Source of the DNA: an uncultured Prevotella sp.
Lineage (GTDB): Bacteria; Bacteroidota; Bacteroidia; Bacteroidales; Bacteroidaceae
Reading direction: 5' to 3'
Length of the DNA: 64,000 nt
NCBI GenBank assembly: GCA_900545525.1
Contig: UQZX01000001.1
Span: 38,218 to 102,217, forward strand
The notes beneath the pieces were generated by a model. The model did not search any database. It saw only the letters and a program-made list of their open reading frames with translations, and was not told the DNA's origin. This document shows positions 29,380-37,366 of the stretch, one piece after another. Within the stretch, counting starts at the first letter, position 1. The number at the start of each line of letters is the position of its first letter. The position numbers were made by a program, and so were the translations under genes.

Positions 29380-29712
29380 TTACCAAATAAAGACATATAG
29401 CAAGAACCAAATTCCTAACAAAATCATTCCACTAATAAGAAATGTTTTAATTGTATCATCCTTATCTAAATTAAAGACAGACTTCAATATCATACTTATG
29501 ATACCTGCTATAATCAAAATTGGGATACAAGCAACAATCAAATCAATTGCAAAATTGATAAGAGTTTCTAATAAACCAAATGCTTCATCTGGATGTTTAT
29601 AGACTGTATAACCAGCTCCTTTTAAAACATCAAATTTTCCTGCAAACGTTAAAGAACAACAATGCAAAGTAATAATCAATGTTAATAAAAATCGTTTCAT
29701 TTTCTCATCCAT
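29380..29712 (-). CDS. Small membrane protein
   Basis: Signal-like N-terminus plus two hydrophobic helices; AT-rich. Confidence 0.7.
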   Translation of the reverse strand: MDEKMKRFLLTLIITLHCCSLTFAGKFDVLKGAGYTVYKHPDEAFGLLETLINFAIDLIVACIPILIIAGIISMILKSVFNLDKDDTIKTFLISGMILLGIWFLLYVFIW

Positions 29713-29743
29713 TAATTTATTTCTGATACAATTCCTATAAATT

Positions 29744-30013
29744 CTACCAACTTCTTAATCCATGTCTTTCCGGGCTATGACCACACCTATGACCATAATT
29801 ATCCGTATTCAAACAACTCCCTTCATAAGTTCCATTTTTATGTTTGTAACCATGATAACCGGAACAACTACATTTTGAACATTTATTTCTTGTCTTTACA
29901 AATGTTTTATCACTTGCACCAGACAAGTCAGTTCCTTTCTCAATACTTGCTATACTTGTGGCTGATATACCAAGTATAACTGTCACGACAACACCGATAA
30001 TCTTCTTTTTCAT
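29744..30013 (-). CDS. Small secreted Cys/His-rich protein
   Basis: Signal peptide, then CSKCSCSGYHG...C...CGHSPERHG. Confidence 0.75.
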   Translation of the reverse strand: MKKKIIGVVVTVILGISATSIASIEKGTDLSGASDKTFVKTRNKCSKCSCSGYHGYKHKNGTYEGSCLNTDNYGHRCGHSPERHGLRSW

Positions 30014-30073
30014 AACAAAAATTGTTTAAAATATTAATTAACACTACATTAAGTATCAAAACTCATTTTTACT

Positions 30074-30490
30074 TTAATTCCAGGAAAAGTCTTCAACATA
30101 TCCTGTGCCCTCACAAAACGAGCATGCACCTGACCCGCCACAACTTTTACAGTCTATATATCTTCCGTCAACGACTTCATCACCATCAAAGACGGAGAAA
30201 GTCTGACCAGAACCACCACAAACACTGCATCTTGTAAGACCTGCACATATAGGACATTGTTTATATTTTTTAGCCGGTTCAGGAACTTCATTTTCTCCAT
30301 CTTCCATGTTAGTATTTGATTCTAGAGAATTTGTATTTGTTTCAGGAAGCACTGATTCACGTATTGGTTCAGCTATTATTTCAGTTTCTTTCTCATGATT
30401 TTCTATTATTGAGTCCCTAATAGATTTTATAAAAAGACCAACCACGACAAAAGCACCAATAAACAATAATTTTTTATCTATCTTATCCAT
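30074..30490 (-). CDS. Membrane-anchored protein with DnaJ-type CxxCxGxG zinc finger
   Basis: N-terminal TM; four CxxCxG repeats at the C-terminus; no J domain. Confidence 0.78.
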   Translation of the reverse strand: MDKIDKKLLFIGAFVVVGLFIKSIRDSIIENHEKETEIIAEPIRESVLPETNTNSLESNTNMEDGENEVPEPAKKYKQCPICAGLTRCSVCGGSGQTFSVFDGDEVVDGRYIDCKSCGGSGACSFCEGTGYVEDFSWN

Positions 30491-30519
30491 AAAATATTTT
30501 TATACACCAATTAGTAATT

Positions 30520-31008
30520 CTATTTAACAATCTCAAACAATATCCGTCCTGTATTTTTACATACCGCATCATCTTTACGGTAAAAACTTATACCCGTTAT
30601 TTTGTCTCCGGTCTTTATCGTCTGCGGAACAGTCCACTTAAATGAAGGCTCTTCTCTTGTAACTTCTCGTATAGTACCGTCTGGCAAGGTTAATGTTGCT
30701 TCATTTTCATCAGCATATGGATTGAATGTCACTTCTATTTCATTGCCAGCCAGTACAGGAAGTACATTTTTATTTGATGTTCCTGAGTATAAATACTTAT
30801 TGCCGTTTACATCAATATTGATATTCCACGTATATGTAACATTTTCATCGGTACTTTTTACAATTGTTCCATTTAAATCACTTAGATTTTTTACAGAAAA
30901 AGATAAACTATTTATCATTATAACCGGATCATCATGTGAACACGCTTGTAACATGCCCATTACGGATATTAAGGTTACTAAATAAATGATTTTTCTTAAA
31001 TTTCTCAT
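30520..31008 (-). CDS. Hypothetical lipoprotein
   Basis: Lipobox LQAC followed by SHDD; beta-rich. Confidence 0.75.
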   Translation of the reverse strand: MRNLRKIIYLVTLISVMGMLQACSHDDPVIMINSLSFSVKNLSDLNGTIVKSTDENVTYTWNINIDVNGNKYLYSGTSNKNVLPVLAGNEIEVTFNPYADENEATLTLPDGTIREVTREEPSFKWTVPQTIKTGDKITGISFYRKDDAVCKNTGRILFEIVK

Positions 31009-31514
31009 AATAAAACACCCTTATTCGTGTCGGGCACAACTTCTAACGTTGAACATGAAATATAAAGACACAAAAAAGCGTGAACCGTCTGCTGTCCGAT
31101 CCACACTCTGAGGCCGTGAGAATTGCCCTATACTGCTGAACGAACAACAGTATAAGCCCACGCCGATATGAATATATGTACAACGAGAATATGGATTAAT
31201 GACATGTATGCCCTTCACAAAAGGACATGACATGTGCATACACTAATCCTATGTTGGATAATATAAGCATACCCGGAGCATCTACCGTTGCTATGTCCGA
31301 GGCAGTATCAATCATGAAGTTTCTCACGTTTCAGAGTGTCTGCTGAACGTAGCGCTTGTAAACGCCTAATATGTCTTGAATACCCGCAACCCACCCTTCC
31401 GCATAAGAACTTTCGTTCGTCGCCTGGCGTGAGCTACATCGCATGCAGAATAGAAATGGAAACATCTCCATATATCTGCTTTTGCAATAACACGGGTTAT
31501 CAATTGCAAAAATA
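31009..31514 (-). ncRNA. Putative structured 5' leader RNA of cassette B, preceded by a TATTTTTG -7 element at 31514-31507
   Basis: Helices 31103-22/31321-39, 31129-35/31148-54, 31193-211/31236-49, 31155-64/31426-35; alternative partner 31077-86 before a T run. Confidence 0.55.
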
Positions 31515-31795
31515 ATAATTTATTTTAAATACTGTTACTGATTTGCAAAATAAAAAACAACATATGGTTTTTTTACCCACTGCTTGTCTCTAAACGATAT
31601 AAACTTCTCATATATTCACTATTATTCCATTATTCCCACACAATATTATATATAAAATATAAGACATTCAAATTATTCGATTTGCATAATTCAAATAGAA
31701 TAATTATCTCATCATAAGCTAAGCTGCACCTCAGCAATTTCAAGCAAGCTTGATTGCATTCGGTTTGCATTATCTTTGCAACAAACTATATGCAC

Positions 31796-31935
31796 ATGGC
31801 AAAAACAGTAAATCATTTCATTGTAACCGGGAAAATTGCTCCGGAGAAATATTGTCCAACAATCCTGAAAAGCAGAATGAACTGCTTTATGCCATTGCAA
31901 AAGAAAGGGAGGCGGAGCGTATAACATCGGCAAAA
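31796..31935 (+). pseudogene. Remnant of an ATP-binding (archaeal-ATPase-like) gene with most of the middle deleted
   Basis: MAKTVNHFIVTGKIAPE resembles the N-terminus of this Bacteroidales family, and EILSNNPEKQNELLYAIAKEREAERITSA in another frame resembles its late region; recalled similarity only. Confidence 0.4.
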
Positions 31936-32239
31936 TGCGGAGGTATCTCAATCATACATTTAATGTATGGTTGCGTATGGATATATATGAAATCTTTCTA
32001 ATTTTGCAAACATTGGAAATAATTGGAGGCGACTACAGTCATTTTCAGGGATTATCAATATTGTGTGATATTACACGATATGGTATTTTTCTTTATCCCT
32101 ATTGTATAAATCATGTATCACAGCGTGTTCATGGATAGTTATGACAGCGGTCTCAGAGAATGATGATTTGACATAATAATAATGTGAAGAGACCGTGACG
32201 TTTTCTCCTCCCCGTGCTTCCGCTTCATTGTTTATGGTG

Positions 32240-32962
32240 TCATTCTGCTGTGCTTTTCTTGTCGCCGGTAATTTTTTCCGAGGTCTTGTCTTTTGCAAAA
32301 ATCCTCATGTTCGCAAGGTGTCTCAACACCAGTTCTTTCATTCCTTTGGCGTCTTTATCCTTTATTTTCTGCAAATATTCGCGGTGTTCTGAGCGCACGA
32401 TGTTTCTCGGCGAGGCGCAGAAACGGAACTTATGATAATACCTCATTATATCGGGCGTTATCGTGAGGAGCAGCATGCTGATAACCGGATTATGGCTGCT
32501 GCGCGCTATGGACTGGTGGAATGCGAAATCCTTTTCCACACGTTCCTCTGACGATTGCGTCTGTTCAAACTCATCAAGAGTCTTTTCTATCTCTCTGATG
32601 TCGTCTTCCGTACGGTTGCGCGCGGCAAGTTTGCACGCCTCGATTTCAAGAAGCACGCGCACATGTACCAATGAGCGGAAGTCGTATTGACTGACTCTCA
32701 GCGCGTTGGTAATCATCTTGTCCATCTGGTCCTTTGTGAATTCGGCAACCACGGTACCGCTTTGCGGAAATGTTTTCAGTATGCCATATAGCTCCAACTT
32801 CTTTAATGCCGCCCTTATGTGTGGGCGTCCTATGCCCAACATATCAGACAACTTGCGCTCGGACGGCAACCTGTCGCCCGGCAAGAAGGTCTTGTCCTCA
32901 ATTGATTTCCGTATGTATTCAATTACGTCGTCAACCGTATTACACTGCTGTTTGTTCTGCAT
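32240..32962 (-). CDS. GntR/FadR family transcriptional regulator
   Basis: PGDRLPSERKLS wHTH; FCD domain (DFAFHQSIA..SHNP, EH). Confidence 0.93.
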   Translation of the reverse strand: MQNKQQCNTVDDVIEYIRKSIEDKTFLPGDRLPSERKLSDMLGIGRPHIRAALKKLELYGILKTFPQSGTVVAEFTKDQMDKMITNALRVSQYDFRSLVHVRVLLEIEACKLAARNRTEDDIREIEKTLDEFEQTQSSEERVEKDFAFHQSIARSSHNPVISMLLLTITPDIMRYYHKFRFCASPRNIVRSEHREYLQKIKDKDAKGMKELVLRHLANMRIFAKDKTSEKITGDKKSTAE

Positions 32963-33163
32963 ATATAAATTAATAGGTATATTTTGCTGTTGGCCGCATG
33001 TTTTTTCAACGTTACAAAGGTAAATAGTTTCTTATAGACAACCAAAATTTAAAATGATATTTTGTCCTTTCCGTTCCAATGCAGGTCATGACATTAATTT
33101 TTTATTTGAGTTTTTTATTATTCCTCTTCCAACTGCCTTGATTTACGGTTTTTTACCTGTCGT

Positions 33164-33322
33164 TTTCCAATAAGGGTGTGTTAAAATACTCATACAGTAA
33201 CTGGTAGGGACATATTCTTGTATTTGTCCGCTAAACAGCCATTGAATATTACGAATGGACAAATACAAGAATATGTCCCTACCAGTTGGAAGAGTTGAGT
33301 TTTGATACACTCTCTTTGGAAA
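33164..33322. mobile_element. MITE-like element: imperfect outer IR enclosing a 31-bp perfect inner IR
   Basis: Inner arms 33199-33229 / 33257-33287 are exact; outer tttccaataagggtgtgttaaaatactca / tgagttttgatacactctctttggaaa. Confidence 0.55.
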
Positions 33323-33370
33323 GATGTTTCTTTTGGGCGGCTATGTTACTCATTAACTGCGTGTTATGAT

Positions 33371-36205
33371 TTAGTCCGCCAAAGTCTGTAAAAACTTCGT
33401 AAGGCTGGCACGCTCATCTAACCCGAGCTTCTTTCTCAGGCGGTATCTGCCTATCTCGACACCTCTCACCGAGATGTTCAGCAGCGGCGCAATTTCCTTT
33501 GTCAGCATGTTCAGTTTTATGTAGGCGCAAAGCATTTTCTCCTTGTGCGACAGTCCGGGACATTTCTCGTCGAGCACTTTGAAGAAGTCATGGTGCACGG
33601 CGTCAAATGAGTTCTGGAACGCCTTGATGTCGTCGTCGTGCCCTATGTTCGTGTCGATCTGTTTCAGCAGTTTCGATATACGCCGTTTCGCGCCCGGCAG
33701 GTTATCCTCGTTCATCGTGTTGTATATGCCTTGAACCGTCTTTTTTATTTCGCTCAGCATCTCGTTTTTCCTGACGTTGTTGACATGTGATGATATAAGT
33801 TCGTCAGACTTTGAGCGCAGTTCTATCATCAGGTTCTTGTCTTTCAGCGTCTCGATTTTTTTGTCTTTCTTCTCGCTTTCAATCTTAAAGCGTTCTTCCT
33901 GATGCGCCAGCATCTCCTCGTTGCGGCTTATCAGTAGCGTCTTGCTCTTTCTTATGCGGTAATAGACGGTGCCTATGGCTGCCAATACCATTAATATATA
34001 TAAGGTGTACGCCCACCATGAGCGGTACCATGGCGGCAGTATCACGAACTCGATGCTTGTCGTTGCCACGTCAGTGTTGCCGCCAATGCTTGCCCTGACG
34101 GTAAACTTATACCTGCCTTCATGCAGGTTGGTATATTCTTTCGAGTTGGCTTCAGCATATTCGCTCCAAGGCATTCCGTCCGGTCCTTCCAGCCTGCATG
34201 AATATAGTACGGCACCTGTCTTCTCGTAGCATGTCATCCCGTATTCTATGCGCAGCGAGTTTTCACCGTATTTTATGCGGATCGGCGGCATTCCCTTCGC
34301 TATGTTTTCCATTATAAGCGAGTCCATGCCGTTGGTAACGAACAGTTTTCTTATATGTAGGGACCAGTTGTTTCCGTCCTTTGCACTTGGCTGTATGTTC
34401 AGGCAGGTGAAGCCGTCCTCCGTGCCGATGATTGCCTTTCCGCCGGTGATGGTTATGCTCTCATAGTCTTCCACCAGGTTCCCGTTGAGCCATGCCTCAC
34501 CCTTGTTCTTGGTATACGACTTCCTGCGCTTGTCATATCTCAGCAGAGCCAGTTGTCCGTGGGCTACATACCAGATGTTCTTGTCTTTGTCCTGATGGAT
34601 GAATGTGTACGGGACTTTTCCGTCAAGCATCTTCTCCATGTTGGCAAACTCTTCTATACGGTCGTCGGTGGCGTTGTATCTGAACAGCCCGCGCCTTGTG
34701 GCAAACACCATGGTCCCGTCTATCTTGGATATGCAGATGTTGCTTTGTGGAAGTTTGTTGCCGTTGTATTCCTTTTGTCTTACGGCACGTTTCATGTCAT
34801 TGGAAAGCACTATCCGCACTATGCCTCTTTCCTTGTTGGCAATCCAGATGGCGTTGGAGCCGTCTTCTACACAAAGCGATTTGGGTGATATTCCGCTGTC
34901 TTTTATCTTCATGGGCATGCTCCATGTGCCGTTGTCGCACGTCATAAGGTACAAGCCCCAGAACGTTCCCAATATCAATGTGTTGCCGTCGGATGTCAGC
35001 GGGGTTACGTTCCATACTCCCCTTATCGGATAATAGGTTGTTCCGTTGCGGTCTTTGCGCATGAAAAAGTTTCTTCCTCCGCAGAAAAGACTGCCGTTGA
35101 TTTCGGTAAGACAGTAAACGATATCGTTGGTGCCGTTTACAAATTCAGGATTGGTAACGCTGTTCGCGCCCTGCGGAATGTCTGTCGTGTACAGCCCTTG
35201 GTTGGTTCCCAAATAGAGTTTCCCGCCGTATATGCACGACGCGTAGCCCGCTCCTATTGCCGAAAGGCGGGTGTAAAGGTGCAGTAGCGGCGAGTTTAGC
35301 GAAATGTAATCGATACCGTTGGCGTAGCCAATCCACAGGTTCTGCCTGTTGTCAAGCTTGACATCGAGAACCGAAAGGTTTTGCATGCCGTTGTCAAGTC
35401 CGGCTTTCTCCTTCTGCCCGTCAGACAGGTTGTATAATATGATGCCCTCACGTGTGGTTCCCATGACGAGCGTCTGCCCTTTTATGTCAGCGCACGAGAC
35501 GTCCTCCCCGTCGTTGGGCAGAAACTTTTTCCATGTCTTGTCCTTATATAAATATACGCCGTTTCTTCTTGTAACAGCCAAAGGCGCGTTGTTGTAGGAC
35601 AGTATTTCGACAACATCCGACAAGGTGACATCTTGTTGTACCTGCATCTTTGTCAGTTCATTGCCGCTCAACGAGTATAGTCCCTTTGCCGTTGCCGCGT
35701 ACAAGATGTTGTTTACGATGCCTGAACATTGTATGCTGTAAGGGCTTGAAATCTTTCTTATGGTGCCGTTGTATATATACAGCGAATTGTCTGCCTGAAA
35801 GATAACGGAGTTTTCAGACCTGTGTATCTTCCACACGTTTATGGTCCTTTTCTCTTTAAGTTTTCTTGAAAGAGGGTGGTATCTCAGATGTCCGGCAACA
35901 TCAGGGGCAAAGAAACCGAACTCTCCGAGCCCGCCTACGTATATCCGCTTGCCGTATGGCATGACGGCTCTTGCCTTTATCTCCTGCCCGAAAGGATAGA
36001 TATTCCAGAACACGCCGTCAAATTCGAGCAGCCCTTTGTTGTTTGCAAAGTACATCCAGCCATTGGAGTTCTGCGCGATAGACCAGTTCTGGTTGCTTGC
36101 CTTGTATTCAAATCGTGAATAGTTGGTTATCGGACGCTGCCAGTAAAGCTTCGCATGCGATAGTATCGGGATAGAGAATAAGATGAAAAACAATGCTTTT
36201 TTCAT
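33371..36205 (-). CDS. Membrane-spanning PUL sensor-regulator (beta-propeller, Y_Y_Y domain, TM, LuxR-type HTH)
   Basis: Signal peptide, NQNW/propeller repeats, YTNL.EG.Y.F.V, PPWY + TM, KEIAPLLNISVRGVEIGRYRLRKKL; no HisKA or REC domain seen. Confidence 0.85.
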   Translation of the reverse strand: MKKALFFILFSIPILSHAKLYWQRPITNYSRFEYKASNQNWSIAQNSNGWMYFANNKGLLEFDGVFWNIYPFGQEIKARAVMPYGKRIYVGGLGEFGFFAPDVAGHLRYHPLSRKLKEKRTINVWKIHRSENSVIFQADNSLYIYNGTIRKISSPYSIQCSGIVNNILYAATAKGLYSLSGNELTKMQVQQDVTLSDVVEILSYNNAPLAVTRRNGVYLYKDKTWKKFLPNDGEDVSCADIKGQTLVMGTTREGIILYNLSDGQKEKAGLDNGMQNLSVLDVKLDNRQNLWIGYANGIDYISLNSPLLHLYTRLSAIGAGYASCIYGGKLYLGTNQGLYTTDIPQGANSVTNPEFVNGTNDIVYCLTEINGSLFCGGRNFFMRKDRNGTTYYPIRGVWNVTPLTSDGNTLILGTFWGLYLMTCDNGTWSMPMKIKDSGISPKSLCVEDGSNAIWIANKERGIVRIVLSNDMKRAVRQKEYNGNKLPQSNICISKIDGTMVFATRRGLFRYNATDDRIEEFANMEKMLDGKVPYTFIHQDKDKNIWYVAHGQLALLRYDKRRKSYTKNKGEAWLNGNLVEDYESITITGGKAIIGTEDGFTCLNIQPSAKDGNNWSLHIRKLFVTNGMDSLIMENIAKGMPPIRIKYGENSLRIEYGMTCYEKTGAVLYSCRLEGPDGMPWSEYAEANSKEYTNLHEGRYKFTVRASIGGNTDVATTSIEFVILPPWYRSWWAYTLYILMVLAAIGTVYYRIRKSKTLLISRNEEMLAHQEERFKIESEKKDKKIETLKDKNLMIELRSKSDELISSHVNNVRKNEMLSEIKKTVQGIYNTMNEDNLPGAKRRISKLLKQIDTNIGHDDDIKAFQNSFDAVHHDFFKVLDEKCPGLSHKEKMLCAYIKLNMLTKEIAPLLNISVRGVEIGRYRLRKKLGLDERASLTKFLQTLAD

Positions 36206-36545
36206 GGCTTCAGATATTTTCTGCAAACATAATAAAAATACATCATGTTTGCAATTTATAAACAACTTTTTTCTCGTTTTCATGTATGTAATAACTTGAT
36301 AATAACCTTTTTACATATATAAGAGAAATAAATGTTGTATTATTTTCAGCTTTCTAATGTATCATTGATGTAGTTTGAAAATTGGAAAAGATGTTTCCTG
36401 AACTTAAATTTGCGGAAAATCTTTGCCTGAAAAACCGCAAACGTTAACCCGGGTGGCTTGTTATTGCAAAAAGGTACAAGCCCTGATGTAAAACGGAATA
36501 AATGCTATTGCAAGAAAGAACGAATACTAACTTAAAATATTAATT

Positions 36546-37355
36546 ATGGAAACAGCAAACATTTTCTCGCTTAAAGGTAAGAATGCCTGGATAACCGGGG
36601 CTTCTTACGGTATCGGCTTTAATATCGCAAGGGCATTTGTTGCGGCGGGCATAAGCACGATTGTCTTCAACGACCGCAATGAGGAGGCTCTTCAACGCGG
36701 ACTTGAGAACTATAAAAAGGCGGGCATTGACAACGTGCGTGGATACATCTGCGACGTCACGGATGAGAAACAGGTGCAGGAAACGGTAAAGAAGATAAAC
36801 GGGGAGGTGGGCAACATCGACATCCTTGTCAACAATGCAGGCATTATCAAGCGTATTCCCATGCACGAGATGAGCCGTGATGAGTTTCAGCAGGTTATCG
36901 ATGTAGACCTTGTAGGACCGTTTATCGTGTCGAAGGCAGTAATTCCTGGGATGATGAAACGCAACGAAGGGAAAATCATTAATATATGTTCAATGATGAG
37001 CGAGCTTGGACGTGAGACGGTATCGGCTTACGCGGCAGCCAAAGGCGGGCTGAAGATGCTTACGCGGAACATCTGTTCTGAGTATGGTGCTTACAACATA
37101 CAGTGCAACGGAATAGGTCCGGGCTACATCGCAACTCCCCAGACCGCGCCCCTGCGTGAGCGTCAGGCTGACGGCAGCAGGCATCCTTTCGACAGCTTTA
37201 TCTGTGCCAAAACGCCGGCAGGACGCTGGCTCGGACCAGAAGAACTGGGCGGTCCGGCTGTCTTCCTTGCGTCTCATGCCTCTGACGCAGTCAACGGACA
37301 CATCCTCTATGTGGACGGTGGCATACTGGCATATATAGGCAAGCAACCTGAATAA
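36546..37355 (+). CDS. Gluconate 5-dehydrogenase / 2-keto-3-deoxygluconate dehydrogenase (KduD-type SDR)
   Basis: TGASYGIG, NNAGIIKR, CSMMSELGRETVSAYAAAKGG, GPGYIATPQT. Confidence 0.88.
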   Translation: METANIFSLKGKNAWITGASYGIGFNIARAFVAAGISTIVFNDRNEEALQRGLENYKKAGIDNVRGYICDVTDEKQVQETVKKINGEVGNIDILVNNAGIIKRIPMHEMSRDEFQQVIDVDLVGPFIVSKAVIPGMMKRNEGKIINICSMMSELGRETVSAYAAAKGGLKMLTRNICSEYGAYNIQCNGIGPGYIATPQTAPLRERQADGSRHPFDSFICAKTPAGRWLGPEELGGPAVFLASHASDAVNGHILYVDGGILAYIGKQPE

Positions 37356-37366
37356 AGGGCATTCGT

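Noticed and set aside
30074..30490. DnaJ chaperone
   Set aside because: No HPD-containing J domain; only the zinc-finger repeats are present.
33371..36205. Hybrid two-component system
   Set aside because: No histidine kinase, receiver or AraC domain visible; the C-terminus is a coiled coil plus LuxR-type HTH.
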